Origin: Escherichia coli 042
GTDB lineage: Bacteria > Pseudomonadota > Gammaproteobacteria > Enterobacterales > Enterobacteriaceae
Length of the DNA: 64,000 nucleotides
Assembly: GCF_000027125.1 (NCBI RefSeq)
Contig: NC_017626.1
Reading direction: 5' to 3' (one strand)
In this document: positions 1 to 11,189 of the stretch, in pieces
Layout: the number at the start of each line of letters is the position of its first letter
Position numbering within the stretch: position 1 is the stretch's first letter
Program-made: the position numbers and the translations under genes
The notes under the pieces: generated by a model
Told to the model about the DNA's origin: nothing
Databases searched by the model: none
What the model saw: the letters and a program-made list of their open reading frames with translations, nothing else

Positions 1-1573
1 GCGCATAGCCGCCCTTCTCCCAACGTTCACTCAACTCGGCAAAGACATCAAAATCATTACGCGCTTCATAACGTGGCGGCACCACTTGCTTCATCGGCAC
101 CAGATGCTGATTACTGTAATCGCCGGTCATGGTGAGATCATTACGCTCAAACGAGGTGGTCGCAGGCAGAACGATATCCGCGTGTTTCGCCGCCGCCGTC
201 CAGAAGCATTCAGAGATCACCACCAGCTCCGGTTTTTGCCAGGCACGGATCAGGCGATTGGTATCCTGATGATGAGTAAAGTTGGCACCGCCCGCCCACC
301 AGATAAAACGAATATCCGGGAAATGTCGGTCCATACCGTTATGTTGATATGCGCCACCCGGGTTTTCCAGTGCTTCAACAATGCGGGCAACAGGGATTTT
401 ATCCACCGCATCGGTGCCGCCAGGCAAGCTGCCCTGCATGGAAGAGAGCACCGCAGCGCGGCGCGTGGGGTTACCACCATTGGCAAAATGGTAAGAAAGT
501 CCAAAACCGCCGCCGGGTGTGCCGATTTGCCCCAACATTGCCGCCAGCGTGACGATCATCCAGTGTTTTTGCTCACCAAACTGTTGGCGCTGCATTCCCC
601 AGCCAGCCATCAGCATGGTAGTATTTTGATGGAAAAGAGCCGCCAGTTCGCGGATTTTCGCTGCGCCAACACCACAAATCTCTGCCGCCCATTCGGCGGT
701 TTTCGCTATTCCGTCGCTCTCGCCCAGCAAATAAGAGGCGAAGACGGCATAACCTGTGGTGCAACGCGCCAGAAACGCTTCGTCGTGCCAACCATTTTCC
801 ACCAGCGTATGGGCGATCCCCAGCATCAGCGCAACATCGGTGCCCATGTGCGGTGCCACCCACTCCATTTTATCGCCAAAGAAATCGACGGTTTCCGATC
901 GCATTGGATCAATGCAGATCAGCTTTTTCCCGCTGTCACGCAGTGCGGAAAAGTAAGAAAGCCCCTGCTCATCGGATGCATTCCACGCAATTTTCAGCGT
1001 ATTGAGTGGGTTAGCACTCCATAGCACCACGACATCGCTATGTTCCAATACCAACGGCCAACTGGTTTGCTGTTGATAAACTTCGCTGCCCCCCACGACA
1101 TACGGCATGATCGCCTGTGCTGCACCGGTCGAATAATCCCCCAGATGCCCGGTATAACCGCCTGCAAGCGCCATATAGCGTTGTAATAATGTCGAGGCCT
1201 TATGCAGCACGCCGTTTGAACGCCAGCCGTAGGAACCAGCAAAAATCGATGCCGGACCATAAGCCTCACGAATGCGTTTATGTTGTTGGTGAATAAGCTC
1301 CAGCGCCTCATCCCAACTCACACGAACAAATGCATCCTGCCCGCGAATGCCTTGCGGGTTTTCCGGTGACGCGAGAAAGCCTTTGCGCACCATTGGAAAT
1401 CGTACCCGCGTATTGCTGTGAACCTGGTCGCGAACCGCGCTCTGCAAGGAGTTTTCCATTCCTGTGACTAACGCGCCACGCGAGCTAAACACGGTTTCGC
1501 CGTCGGTTTCAACCAGCATGGGCCCCCAGTGGGCGGCAGTCAGAACGGAATATCGTGAGGATGAGTTGGCCAA
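1..1573 (-). CDS. bisC: Biotin sulfoxide reductase BisC, N-terminal ~524 codons; gene continues past window start
   Basis: Minus-strand translation reads (L/M)[28 protein letters not shown]..., matching recalled BisC N-terminus. No in-frame ATG before the upstream stop, so the start is probably the TTG at 1571-1573. Not in ORF track because it is incomplete. Confidence 0.85.
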   Translation of the reverse strand, partial: MANSSSRYSVLTAAHWGPMLVETDGETVFSSRGALVTGMENSLQSAVRDQVHSNTRVRFPMVRKGFLASPENPQGIRGQDAFVRVSWDEALELIHQQHKRIREAYGPASIFAGSYGWRSNGVLHKASTLLQRYMALAGGYTGHLGDYSTGAAQAIMPYVVGGSEVYQQQTSWPLVLEHSDVVVLWSANPLNTLKIAWNASDEQGLSYFSALRDSGKKLICIDPMRSETVDFFGDKMEWVAPHMGTDVALMLGIAHTLVENGWHDEAFLARCTTGYAVFASYLLGESDGIAKTAEWAAEICGVGAAKIRELAALFHQNTTMLMAGWGMQRQQFGEQKHWMIVTLAAMLGQIGTPGGGFGLSYHFANGGNPTRRAAVLSSMQGSLPGGTDAVDKIPVARIVEALENPGGAYQHNGMDRHFPDIRFIWWAGGANFTHHQDTNRLIRAWQKPELVVISECFWTAAAKHADIVLPATTSFERNDLTMTGDYSNQHLVPMKQVVPPRYEARNDFDVFAELSERWEKGGYA

Positions 1574-1725
1574 ACCGAAGACTCCTGAAAGGTTAGATGT
1601 ATTGAGCAGTTAAATATTACTTACAAATTTCCGAGTATTCCCAGGAATAATCTTCATGTTCACGCGGCATAATCTCCCGCCACGGAACCCGTGGCAAAGA
1701 ATAAAAAGTTTATTAAGGATTAACA

Positions 1726-2385
1726 ATGAAGAAACGTGTTTATCTTATTGCCGCCGTAGTGAGTGGCGCTCTGGCGGTATCTGGCTGCACAACTAACCCT
1801 TACACTGGCGAACGCGAAGCAGGTAAATCTGCTATCGGCGCAGGTCTGGGCTCTCTCGTTGGCGCGGGTATTGGTGCGCTCTCTTCTTCGAAGAAAGATC
1901 GCGGTAAAGGCGCGCTGATTGGCGCAGCAGCGGGTGCAGCTCTGGGCGGCGGCGTTGGTTATTACATGGATGTACAGGAAGCGAAGCTGCGTGACAAAAT
2001 GCGCGGCACTGGTGTTAGCGTAACCCGCAGCGGGGATAACATTATCCTCAATATGCCGAACAATGTGACCTTCGACAGCAGCAGCGCGACCCTGAAACCG
2101 GCGGGCGCTAACACCCTGACCGGCGTGGCAATGGTGCTGAAAGAGTATCCGAAAACGGCGGTTAACGTGATTGGTTATACCGACAGCACGGGTGGTCACG
2201 ACCTGAACATGCGTCTCTCCCAGCAGCGTGCGGATTCCGTTGCCAGCGCGTTGATCACCCAGGGCGTGGACGCCAGCCGCATCCGTACTCAGGGCCTTGG
2301 CCCGGCTAACCCAATCGCCAGCAACAGCACCGCAGAAGGTAAGGCGCAAAACCGCCGTGTAGAAATTACCTTAAGCCCGCTGTAA
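1726..2385 (+). CDS. yiaD: OmpA-family lipoprotein YiaD
   Basis: 219 aa ORF with lipobox (VSGC), Gly-rich linker and OmpA-like C-terminal domain ending NRRVEI; matches recalled YiaD. Confidence 0.93.
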   Translation: MKKRVYLIAAVVSGALAVSGCTTNPYTGEREAGKSAIGAGLGSLVGAGIGALSSSKKDRGKGALIGAAAGAALGGGVGYYMDVQEAKLRDKMRGTGVSVTRSGDNIILNMPNNVTFDSSSATLKPAGANTLTGVAMVLKEYPKTAVNVIGYTDSTGGHDLNMRLSQQRADSVASALITQGVDASRIRTQGLGPANPIASNSTAEGKAQNRRVEITLSPL

Positions 2386-2393
2386 TCCCTTTC

Positions 2394-2434
2394 ATGCCAG
2401 GTGATGCAGAAATCACCTGGCATTCTTCAGTTTT
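2394..2434 (+). terminator. Rho-independent terminator-like hairpin after yiaD
   Basis: Perfect 12-bp inverted repeat atgccaggtgat / atcacctggcat (2394-2423) followed by T-rich tract. Confidence 0.6.
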
Positions 2435-2488
2435 CCTTCATCATATTTCAGGCTAAGGTGATCGCCTTATCAGTGAATGGAGAGAAGC

Positions 2489-3463
2489 ATGAAGCCGTCC
2501 GTTATCCTCTACAAAGCCTTACCTGATGATTTACTGCAACGCCTGCAAGAGCATTTCACCGTTCACCAGGTGGCAAACCTCAGCCCACAAACCATCGAAC
2601 AAAATGCAGCAATTTTTGCCGAAGCTGAAGGTTTACTGGGTTCAAACGAGAATGTTGATGCCGCATTGCTGGGAAAAATGCCGAAACTGCGTGCCACATC
2701 AACGATCTCCGTCGGCTATGACAATTTTGATGTCGATGCGCTTACCGCCCGAAAAATTCTGCTGATGCACACGCCAACCGTATTAACAGAAACCGTCGCC
2801 GATACGCTGATGGCGCTGGTGTTGTCTACCGCTCGTCGGGTTGTGGAGGTAGCAGAACGGGTAAAAGCAGGCGAATGGACCGCGAGCATAGGCCCGGACT
2901 GGTACGGCACTGACGTTCACCATAAAACACTGGGCATTGTCGGGATGGGACGGATCGGCATGGCGCTGGCACAACGTGCGCACTTTGGCTTCAATATGCC
3001 CATCCTCTATAACGCGCGCCGCCACCATAAAGAAGCAGAAGAACGCTTCAACGCCCGCTACTGCGATTTGGATACACTGTTACAAGAGTCAGATTTCGTT
3101 TGCCTGATCCTGCCGTTAACTGATGAGACGTATCATCTATTTGGCGCAGAACAATTCGGCAAAATGAAATCCTCCGCCATTTTCATTAATGCCGGACGTG
3201 GCCCGGTGGTTGATGAAAATGCACTGATTGCTGCATTGCAGAAAGGCGAAATTCACGCCGCCGGGCTGGATGTCTTCGAACAAGAGCCACTGTCTGTAGA
3301 TTCGCCGTTGCTCTCAATGGCCAACGTCGTCGCGGTACCGCATATTGGTTCAGCCACTCATGAGACGCGTTATGGCATGGCTGCCTGTGCCGTGGATAAC
3401 TTGATTGATGCGTTACAAGGAAAGGTTGAGAAGAACTGTGTAAATCCGCACGTCGCGGACTAA
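2489..3463 (+). CDS. ghrB: Glyoxylate/hydroxypyruvate reductase B (2-ketoaldonate reductase)
   Basis: Translation from ATG 2489 ([16 protein letters not shown]...) is 324 aa, D-isomer 2-hydroxyacid dehydrogenase family; track ORF starts 4 codons upstream. Confidence 0.92.
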   Translation: MKPSVILYKALPDDLLQRLQEHFTVHQVANLSPQTIEQNAAIFAEAEGLLGSNENVDAALLGKMPKLRATSTISVGYDNFDVDALTARKILLMHTPTVLTETVADTLMALVLSTARRVVEVAERVKAGEWTASIGPDWYGTDVHHKTLGIVGMGRIGMALAQRAHFGFNMPILYNARRHHKEAEERFNARYCDLDTLLQESDFVCLILPLTDETYHLFGAEQFGKMKSSAIFINAGRGPVVDENALIAALQKGEIHAAGLDVFEQEPLSVDSPLLSMANVVAVPHIGSATHETRYGMAACAVDNLIDALQGKVEKNCVNPHVAD

Positions 3464-3481
3464 GCCGCGACTGCGTGGAGT

Positions 3482-3510
3482 AAAGCCCGATAATCGCTCG
3501 GGCTTTTACT
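3482..3510. terminator. Bidirectional terminator hairpin between ghrB and yiaF
   Basis: Inverted repeat agcccga...tcgggct followed by TTTT; sits between convergent genes. Confidence 0.55.
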
Positions 3511-3512
3511 CT

Positions 3513-4223
3513 TTATTGGGTTGCAGTAACTGCTGTAGTCCAGGCCTGATTAAACGCCTGATGCTGTGCCGGTAATGGCGCAATCAGTTTGTTATATTCA
3601 CTTGCCTGCTGCGAAGTCGGGAACTGGATGCCATTTGCGACAAAGCTCACCTGAGTACCTTGCTGAGCAATGTAGTCTCCAACCATCACCAGTTGTTGCG
3701 TGAAAGTTTGTGCCGCCGGAATCAACGGTTGCAACGCATCAGCTGGCGTCGTTACCACTTTGGTGAATGCCTGATCGAAGACCGGTTTCAGGTCATCGCT
3801 CTGTTTTAGCGCAGAGTGCGCAGCATCGGCCTGCAACTTCGCATTTTGCAGCTGTTGCGCCAGTACACCCAGAGAACCGTTCATTTCACGCAGTGGGCCG
3901 CTTTGCGTAACGTAATCCTGCGGTACGCGAATTGCGTTAACGCTGTCTACAACCGGGCGCAGACCGGAATCCATCGCCTGATTCACCTGCTGTGAATAAC
4001 CATACAGAATCGCGTAATCAGAGACAAAAGGACCAAATTGTTTTTTCTGATCGGCAGTCAGGGTAGGTAGACGTTCACCGCTACGCATCACTGTATTCTG
4101 CAGGAAGTCGATAAACGCTTTACGCTGATCGCCTTCTTTATCAAAACACCCACTCAGGCTAACTACCATTAATAACGCCGCAAGAGGCGCAAACCAGCGA
4201 GAGCAGGACTTTCCTGTCGCCAT
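3513..4223 (-). CDS. yiaF: Lipoprotein YiaF (DUF3053)
   Basis: Start at MATGKSCSRWFAPLAALLMVVSLSGC (lipobox) with AGGAG SD upstream; 236 aa; track ORF over-extended by 40 codons. Confidence 0.88.
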   Translation of the reverse strand: MATGKSCSRWFAPLAALLMVVSLSGCFDKEGDQRKAFIDFLQNTVMRSGERLPTLTADQKKQFGPFVSDYAILYGYSQQVNQAMDSGLRPVVDSVNAIRVPQDYVTQSGPLREMNGSLGVLAQQLQNAKLQADAAHSALKQSDDLKPVFDQAFTKVVTTPADALQPLIPAAQTFTQQLVMVGDYIAQQGTQVSFVANGIQFPTSQQASEYNKLIAPLPAQHQAFNQAWTTAVTATQ

Positions 4224-4656
4224 TTTCTTACTCCTTTCACCCAAAAAAAGCGCACAACGACACACGCGTGTCTGACGTGACAAGGATAGTCCAGGACAAG
4301 CTTGCAGGATACCCTTTCTACGTAATCTTCCTGGTAAAATCATGGAGAAAATGAAACAAGGTTAATTTGTTGTTTCATTGTTAAAAAATGATAGTGCCGT
4401 TGCTTTTTTTGTTGCCAGAGATTAACGCCTTCTCAGAACGTTAGATTTTCGAAATCTTTACAAACCGGGAGTGGTAAGAGATATATCGGCATTTATCAGA
4501 TCGTTAGGTGGCTATAAGTCACGCTAAATGACTGGCTGAATCGAATCATAGCCAGAGCATGCCCTGACTACACCCCGCTGTGTCTGTTTTTCCCGACTAT
4601 TCTTAATGAGCTTCGATGCAATTCACGATCCCGCAGTGTGATTTGAGGAGTTTTCA

Positions 4657-4947
4657 ATGGAATATAAAGATCCAATGCATGAGCTGTTGAGCAGCCTGGA
4701 ACAGATTGTTTTTAAAGATGAAACGCAGAAAATTACCCTGACGCACAGAACAACGTCCTGTACCGAAATTGAGCAGTTACGAAAAGGGACAGGGTTAAAA
4801 ATCGATGATTTCGCCCGGGTTTTGGGCGTATCAGTCGCCATGGTAAAGGAATGGGAATCCAGACGCGTGAAGCCTTCAAGTGCCGAACTAAAATTGATGC
4901 GTTTGATTCAAGCCAACCCGGCATTAAGTAAGCAGTTGATGGAATAG
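4657..4947 (+). CDS. yiaG: XRE-family HTH transcriptional regulator YiaG
   Basis: 96 aa ORF with HTH_XRE-like segment (LRKGTGLKIDDFARVLGVSVAMVKEWE). Confidence 0.85.
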   Translation: MEYKDPMHELLSSLEQIVFKDETQKITLTHRTTSCTEIEQLRKGTGLKIDDFARVLGVSVAMVKEWESRRVKPSSAELKLMRLIQANPALSKQLME

Positions 4948-5031
4948 ACTTTTATCCACTTTATTGCTGTTTACGGTCCTGATGACAGGACCGTTTTCCA
5001 ACCGATTAATCATAAATATGAAAAATAATTG

Positions 5032-5061
5032 TTGCATCACCCGCCAATGCGTGGCTTAATG
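5032..5061 (+). promoter_or_regulatory. cspA: cspA promoter (-35 TTGCAT / -10 CTTAAT) with AT-rich UP element upstream
   Basis: ttgcatcacccgccaatgcgtggcttaat precedes a ~160 nt leader before the cspA ATG at 5228; matches the recalled cspA promoter architecture. Confidence 0.7.
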
Positions 5062-5227
5062 CACATCAACGGTTTGACGTACAGACCATTAAAGCAGTGT
5101 AGTAAGGCAAGTCCCTTCAAGAGTTATCGTTGATACCCCTCGTAGTGCACATTCCTTTAACGCTTCAAAATCTGTAAAGCACGCCATATCGCCGAAAGGC
5201 ACACTTAATTATTAAAGGTAATACACT

Positions 5228-5440
5228 ATGTCCGGTAAAATGACTGGTATCGTAAAATGGTTCAACGCTGACAAAGGCTTCGGCTTCATCACTCCTGACG
5301 ATGGCTCTAAAGACGTGTTCGTACACTTCTCTGCTATCCAGAACGATGGTTACAAATCTCTGGACGAAGGTCAGAAAGTGTCCTTCACCATCGAAAGCGG
5401 CGCTAAAGGCCCGGCAGCTGGCAACGTAACCAGCCTGTAA
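5228..5440 (+). CDS. cspA: Major cold shock protein CspA
   Basis: 70 aa [38 protein letters not shown]... with RNP1/RNP2 cold-shock domain motifs. Confidence 0.98.
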
Positions 5441-5468
5441 TCTCTGCTTAAAAGCACAGAATCTAAGA

Positions 5469-5497
5469 TCCCTGCCATTTGGCGGGGATTTTTTTAT
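5469..5497 (+). terminator. cspA rho-independent terminator
   Basis: Hairpin ccctgccatttggcgggg followed by a run of 7 T. Confidence 0.7.
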
Positions 5498-5627
5498 TTG
5501 TTTTTCAGGAAATAAATAATCGATCGCGTAATAGAATCTAGTGTTATTTTTGTGAAGAATAAATTTGGGTGCAATGAGAATGCGCAACACCGTAAGAAAG
5601 GCGGGAATAATTTCCCGCCGAAGACGC

Positions 5628-5780
5628 TTACTCTTTCAATTTGCAGGCTAAAAACGCCGCCAGCTCATAACTCTCCTGTTTAATATGCAATTCACACAGT
5701 GAATCTCTTATCATCCAGGTGAAAAATAAAAGCGTGAAACAAATCACTATTAAAGAAAGTAATCTATATTTCTGCGGCAT
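5628..5780 (-). CDS. hokA: Hok-family type I toxin HokA (small membrane peptide)
   Basis: 50 aa MPQKYRLLSLIVICFTLLFFTWMIRDSLCELHIKQESYELAAFLACKLKE; Hok/Gef family. Track ORF extends 20 codons further upstream in frame. Confidence 0.85.
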   Translation of the reverse strand: MPQKYRLLSLIVICFTLLFFTWMIRDSLCELHIKQESYELAAFLACKLKE

Positions 5781-6060
5781 TCCCAGCCCCCTGTGTTGAT
5801 TTCCAACGAGTAAGAGGCTAACCTTATGGTGTCTATGCATAGAGGGGCCTCACTTTGATTTATAGTCAGGTGGGGCTTTTCTCTGTCTGCCTTTCGGTGA
5901 ATACCTGAGACAAACAGTCTCAAGCACCCGCAGCTATTCTAGCTTAATAAGTTCGTTTCTTCTCCTTGATATAATCCTAAAAAAATCTCATAAAATTAAT
6001 ATATGAGACAATCTTTATTCAGCAGAAGATTATTAAAGGTTGCTCTATTATTTAGCGATA

Positions 6061-6090
6061 AAAAAGCCTGCCAGATGGCAGGCTTTTTAA
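6061..6090 (-). terminator. glyQS rho-independent terminator (bidirectional hairpin)
   Basis: aaaaa-gcctgccagatggcaggc-ttttt immediately downstream of the glyS stop; U-tract on both strands. Confidence 0.75.
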
Positions 6091-6101
6091 TAATGGCGTT
6101 A

Positions 6102-8171
6102 TTACTGTAACAGCGAAATATCCGCAACGCGCAGGAACAGTTCGCGCAGTTTCTCCAGCATGGTCAAACGGTTGATACGCAATTCTTTGTCATCAACCAT
6201 GACCATCACTTTATCGAAGAAGGCATCAACCGGTTCACGCAGCTCTGCCAGTTCGACCAGCGCATCCTGGTAACGACCTTCCGCAAAGTACGGCTCCAGC
6301 TTGTCACGTAGCACCACAACCTGCATCGCCAGTTTAATTTCTTCCGGCTCTTTCAGAGTAGAGGCATTCACGCGGTCGCTCAGCACTTCGTCAGATTTCG
6401 CCAGAATGTTAGATACACGCTTGTTCGCCGCCGCCAGTGCTGCAGCTGCATCCAGGGTACGGAAGTGCGATACCGCTTTCATTCGGGCATCGAAATCAGC
6501 CGGACGAGTCGGACGACGCGCCAGTACCGCCTGGATGGTGTCAACAGTGTAACCTTCGTCCTGATACCAGGCGCGGAAGCGACCGAGCATAAAGTCGATA
6601 ACATCATCAACCACGTTGGCATTTGTCAGCTTATCGCCATACAAACGCACCGCTTCTTCGGTCAGGGTTTGCAGGTCAAGATTGAGGTTCTTCTCAACGA
6701 TAATACGCAGCACGCCAAGTGCGGCACGACGCAGCGCAAACGGGTCTTTGTCGCCTTTCGGATGCTGACCGATACCGAAGATACCCGCCAGAGTATCCAT
6801 CTTGTCAGCAATCGCCAGCGCACAGGCTACCGGGTTAGACGGCAGGTCATCACCGGCAAAGCGCGGCTGATACTGCTCGTTCAGCGCCACTGCAACATCT
6901 TCCGCTTCGCCATCGTGACGCGCGTAGTGCATCCCCATAACGCCCTGGGTGTCGGTGAACTCGAAGACCATGTTGGTCATCAGGTCGCACTTGGACAGCA
7001 GGCCCGCACGGGTTGCGTGGTTAACGTCAGCGCCAATCTGTTCAGCAATCCAGCCAGCCAGCGCCTGGATGCGGTCAGTTTTGTCACGCAGTGTGCCAAG
7101 CTGTTGCTGGAACAGCACGGTTTGCAGACGCGGCAGATTATCTTCCAGACGTTTTTTACGGTCGGTGTTGAAGAAGAACTCGGCATCCGCCAGACGTGGA
7201 CGAACGACTTTCTCGTTACCAGAGATAATTTGCTGCGGATCTTTCGATTCGATGTTGGCAACGAAGATAAAGTTCGGCAGCAGTTTGCCGTCGTTCGCAT
7301 ACACCGGGAAGTACTTCTGGTCACCTTTCATGGTGTAAACCAGCGCTTCAGACGGCACCGCGAGGAATTTCTCTTCGAATTTTGCGGTCAGCACAACCGG
7401 CCATTCCACCAGCGAAGCGACTTCTTCCAACAGGCTTTCGCTTAAGTCAGCGTTACCGCCAATCTTACGCGCCGCTTCTTCGGCATCGGCTTTAATCTTC
7501 GCCTTACGTTCTTCGTAATCGGCGATGACTTTCCCGCGCTCACGCAGAATTTCCGGGTATTGATCGGCATTGTCGATAGTGAATTCCGGCTCGCCCATAA
7601 AGCGGTGGCCGCGAATCACGCGATCGGACTGAATGCCCAGAATGGTAGCCGGAATAACTTTGTCGCCCAGCAGCAGGGTCACGGTGTGCACCGGACGCAC
7701 GAAGTGCACGTCGCTTGCACCCCAGCGCATCAGTTTCGGGATCGGCAGTTTCGCCAGCGAAGTCGCAACCATATTCGGCAGCAGTGCTTCGGTGCTTTCG
7801 CCCTTCACGTGGGCGCGATACAGCAGCCATTCACCTTTATCGGTAGTCAGACGCTCAGCCTGGTCAACGGTAATACCGCAACCACGCGCCCAGCCTTCTG
7901 CCGCTTTGCTCGGTTTGCCTTCAGCGTCGAACGCCTGGGCAATCGCCGGGCCGCGTTTTTCGATTTCACGATCCGGTTGCGCTTCCGCCAGGTTAGCTAC
8001 TTTCAGCGCCAGACGACGCGGAGCAGCAAACCATTGAACGGTGCCGTGTGCGAGGCCAGCGTTATCCAGCTCCGCAGTAAAGTTCGCAGCAAAGGACTCA
8101 GCCAGGCTGCGCAGTGCTTTTGGTGGCAGCTCTTCAGTGCCGATTTCCACCAGAAAAGTTTTCTCAGACAT
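6102..8171 (-). CDS. glyS: Glycine--tRNA ligase beta subunit
   Basis: 689 aa [20 protein letters not shown]...; matches recalled GlyS. Confidence 0.97.
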   Translation of the reverse strand: MSEKTFLVEIGTEELPPKALRSLAESFAANFTAELDNAGLAHGTVQWFAAPRRLALKVANLAEAQPDREIEKRGPAIAQAFDAEGKPSKAAEGWARGCGITVDQAERLTTDKGEWLLYRAHVKGESTEALLPNMVATSLAKLPIPKLMRWGASDVHFVRPVHTVTLLLGDKVIPATILGIQSDRVIRGHRFMGEPEFTIDNADQYPEILRERGKVIADYEERKAKIKADAEEAARKIGGNADLSESLLEEVASLVEWPVVLTAKFEEKFLAVPSEALVYTMKGDQKYFPVYANDGKLLPNFIFVANIESKDPQQIISGNEKVVRPRLADAEFFFNTDRKKRLEDNLPRLQTVLFQQQLGTLRDKTDRIQALAGWIAEQIGADVNHATRAGLLSKCDLMTNMVFEFTDTQGVMGMHYARHDGEAEDVAVALNEQYQPRFAGDDLPSNPVACALAIADKMDTLAGIFGIGQHPKGDKDPFALRRAALGVLRIIVEKNLNLDLQTLTEEAVRLYGDKLTNANVVDDVIDFMLGRFRAWYQDEGYTVDTIQAVLARRPTRPADFDARMKAVSHFRTLDAAAALAAANKRVSNILAKSDEVLSDRVNASTLKEPEEIKLAMQVVVLRDKLEPYFAEGRYQDALVELAELREPVDAFFDKVMVMVDDKELRINRLTMLEKLRELFLRVADISLLQ

Positions 8172-8180
8172 AGCCGCCTC

Positions 8181-9092
8181 TTACTTATCTTTGTTGCACA
8201 TCGGGAAGCCGAGGGCTTCACGGGAAGCGTAGTATGCTTCTGCCACTGCTTTGGTCAGGGTGCGAATGCGCAGAATATAGCGCTGACGCTCGGTGACGGA
8301 GATGGCTTTACGCGCATCCAGCAGGTTGAAGCTGTGGGCGGCTTTCAGAATACGTTCGTAGGCTGGCAACGGCAGCGGATTTTCCAGCGCCAGCAGCTGC
8401 TGCGCTTCTTTCTCGTACTGCTCAAAGCAGGTGAACAGGAAGTCCACATCCGCGTATTCGAAGTTGTAAGTGGACTGCTCCACTTCGTTCTGATGGAACA
8501 CGTCGCCGTAGGTGGTTTTACCCAGCGGGCCGTCGCTCCAGACCAGGTCGTAAACGCTGTCTACGCCCTGAATGTACATTGCCAGACGTTCCAGACCGTA
8601 GGTGATCTCGCCGGTAACCGGTTTACACTCCAGACCACCAACCTGCTGGAAGTAAGTGAACTGCGTCACTTCCATGCCGTTCAGCCACACTTCCCAGCCC
8701 AGCCCCCAGGCACCCAGCGTCGGGTTTTCCCAGTTATCTTCCACGAAACGGATGTCGTGGATGGTCGGGTCCATGCCCAGCTCTTTCAGAGAACCAAGGT
8801 ACAGCTCCTGAATATTGTCCGGCGATGGCTTAATGACCACCTGGAACTGATAGTAGTGCTGTAAACGGTTGGGGTTTTCGCCGTAGCGACCATCGGTCGG
8901 GCGACGAGAAGGCTGGACATAAGCAGCCGCCATCGGTTCTGGCCCCAGCGCGCGCAGACAGGTCATTGGGTGAGAGGTTCCCGCGCCGACTTCCATGTCC
9001 AATGGTTGAACAATGGTGCAGCCCTGGCGAGCCCAGTAATCCTGTAAGGTCAGGATCAAGCCCTGGAAGGTCCTGGTATCAAACTTTTGCAT
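8181..9092 (-). CDS. glyQ: Glycine--tRNA ligase alpha subunit
   Basis: 303 aa [25 protein letters not shown]...; lies 9 bp upstream of glyS, operon arrangement. Confidence 0.97.
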
Positions 9093-9186
9093 ATTATTTC
9101 GTGCTGGATACGTGTGGATTTAAAGGAAGGGATCAGTATACCCGCTGGATGGAAGATATACAGTACGAAACGGGAAAAAGCAGGGC

Positions 9187-9495
9187 TTAACGCATGGAAA
9201 GATGCAAAAAATGGCCATCTGCGTCAAAAGAACAGACAAACTGCTCTTTACGGAAGGTATAACCGCGCATTTCGTAGCTCCCCTGGAACTGTTCAAATGC
9301 GGTGACGTCGATTTTTTGCGCACCTGTATTATAGCGTTTTGCCGCCTGATCTTTGCATAGCCCTTCCATATTCAACGAACGCAGAGGATCAACCTTTACC
9401 CGTTGTGCTTTCTGCACGGGTGGCGGTGTAGAACAACCCACTAGCGCCATAAGCACCATAAGCGCCATTGCCGGAAAGAAAGAGTTCATCATCAT
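9187..9495 (-). CDS. ysaB: Small lipoprotein YsaB
   Basis: ~100 aa ORF with signal peptide and lipobox (LVGCS); exact start among the three N-terminal Met codons uncertain. Confidence 0.75.
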   Translation of the reverse strand: MMMNSFFPAMALMVLMALVGCSTPPPVQKAQRVKVDPLRSLNMEGLCKDQAAKRYNTGAQKIDVTAFEQFQGSYEMRGYTFRKEQFVCSFDADGHFLHLSMR

Positions 9496-9669
9496 TAAAT
9501 TACCGTCTGGTTTGCAGGTGAGTCTTATTATTTATATCGGTATAGTGGCTGATATCTTACGAATTTCCTTAAGCCTCTATAAGCTGTAGTGATAAAACTC
9601 AGATTATTCCAGTGCGCCAACCGAATGATTTATCGGTCAGACTTTTTTTAACCAGATACAGAGACACAG

Positions 9670-10665
9670 ATGCAGCCCAAAATTTACTGGATTGATAACC
9701 TGCGAGGGATAGCGTGTTTAATGGTGGTGATGATTCACACCACTACCTGGTATGTGACCAATGCTCATAGTGTTAGCCCCGTCACATGGGATATCGCCAA
9801 TGTTCTGAATTCTGCCTCTCGTGTCAGCGTGCCGCTATTTTTCATGATTTCCGGCTATCTCTTTTTTGGCGAACGCAGCGCCCAGCCGCGCCATTTCTTG
9901 CGTATCGGCTTATGTCTGCTTTTTTATAGCGCAATCGCACTGCTCTACATTGCGCTGTTTACCTCCATCAATATGGAGTTAGCGCTGAAAAACCTGCTGC
10001 AAAAGCCAGTGTTTTACCACTTGTGGTTTTTCTTCGCGATTGCGGTGATTTATCTGGTTTCACCGCTGATTCAGGTGAAGAACGTCGGCGGAAAAATGTT
10101 GCTGGTGCTAATGGTGGTGATTGGCATTATCGCTAACCCAAACACAGTGCCGCAGAAAATTGACGGTTTTGAATGGCTGCCAATTAACTTATATATCAAT
10201 GGCGATACTTTTTACTACATCCTGTATGGCATGTTGGGCCGCGCTATAGGGATGATGGACACACAGCATAAAGCACTGTCGTGGGTGTGCGCCGCACTGT
10301 TTGCGACGGGGGTTTTTATTATCTCTCGCGGGACATTATATGAATTGCAGTGGCGCGGAAATTTTGCCGATACCTGGTATCTTTACTGTGGGCCGATGGT
10401 TTTTATCTGCGCAACCACGCTATTGACTCTGGTTAAAAACACGCTTGATACGCGTACTGTTCGCGGACTTGGCTTAATCTCCCGCCATTCGTTGGGTATA
10501 TACGGATTCCACGCCTTGATTATCCATGCACTGCGCACCCGGGGGATTGAGCTTAAAAACTGGCCAATACTCGATATTATTTGGATCTTTTGCGCGACGT
10601 TGGCAGCGAGTTTGTTACTTTCTATGCTGGTACAACGAATCGACAGAAACAGACTAGTGAGTTAA
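9670..10665 (+). CDS. wecH: Membrane O-acetyltransferase WecH (YiaH), acyltransferase-3 family
   Basis: 331 aa polytopic membrane protein, [23 protein letters not shown]... typical acyltransferase_3 N-terminus. Confidence 0.9.
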   Translation: MQPKIYWIDNLRGIACLMVVMIHTTTWYVTNAHSVSPVTWDIANVLNSASRVSVPLFFMISGYLFFGERSAQPRHFLRIGLCLLFYSAIALLYIALFTSINMELALKNLLQKPVFYHLWFFFAIAVIYLVSPLIQVKNVGGKMLLVLMVVIGIIANPNTVPQKIDGFEWLPINLYINGDTFYYILYGMLGRAIGMMDTQHKALSWVCAALFATGVFIISRGTLYELQWRGNFADTWYLYCGPMVFICATTLLTLVKNTLDTRTVRGLGLISRHSLGIYGFHALIIHALRTRGIELKNWPILDIIWIFCATLAASLLLSMLVQRIDRNRLVS

Positions 10666-10667
10666 AT

Positions 10668-10702
10668 AAAAGCCCGGTCACATTGGACTGACCGGGCTTA
10701 TG
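10668..10702. terminator. Hairpin between convergent wecH and yiaA
   Basis: Inverted repeat gcccggtca...tgaccgggc; U-tract on the minus-strand reading. Confidence 0.5.
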
Positions 10703-10706
10703 TGAA

Positions 10707-11147
10707 TTATTCGCTGTATTCTTCCTGGGTAATCAGTGTTTCTTTTGGTGGGTTTATTCCGGCATCACGAATATTCTTCTGCACCGCTACTGCACCAAAC
10801 AAGCTTAAGAAGAAAGCCAGTCCATAAAAACCTTTCTCGCTGAGTAATAACGTCGCATTCCACAGACCTACCATCAGTAACGCAACAGAGATAATAAAGA
10901 CAGTCAGGCAGGTCATATAATAAATGGAGGTGGTCGGTATGCCTTCATACTTGTCCCGAACGGTCTTTTGATAAGACGCCGCAGAAAACAGTCCTAATAC
11001 CAGTACGGCAAAATAATATCCTTTTTCATTTAACTGCATCTCTGCATTCCATAGCCCTAACAGATAGGTAACGATACCACCAACGAGAGCTATCCATGAC
11101 ACAATACTGAATGCCGGAGAATAGGTTGATATTTTGTTGTCCATCAC
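10707..11147 (-). CDS. yiaA: Inner membrane protein YiaA
   Basis: ~145 aa, two repeated YiaAB-type transmembrane halves; start may be the second Met. Confidence 0.85.
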   Translation of the reverse strand: MMDNKISTYSPAFSIVSWIALVGGIVTYLLGLWNAEMQLNEKGYYFAVLVLGLFSAASYQKTVRDKYEGIPTTSIYYMTCLTVFIISVALLMVGLWNATLLLSEKGFYGLAFFLSLFGAVAVQKNIRDAGINPPKETLITQEEYSE

Positions 11148-11189
11148 AGTATTCCTTTCATTCCTGAATGTGTAAGAGCTTTATGTTGC

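Noticed and set aside
86-1024. 312-aa plus-strand ORF at window start
   Set aside because: Antisense to bisC, whose minus-strand translation matches a known protein; Arg/His-rich low-complexity translation typical of antisense frames in GC-rich genes.
6465-8864. Long plus-strand ORFs (326 and 434 aa) over glyS/glyQ
   Set aside because: Antisense shadows of the glyS and glyQ frames; the minus-strand frames match the known synthetase subunits.
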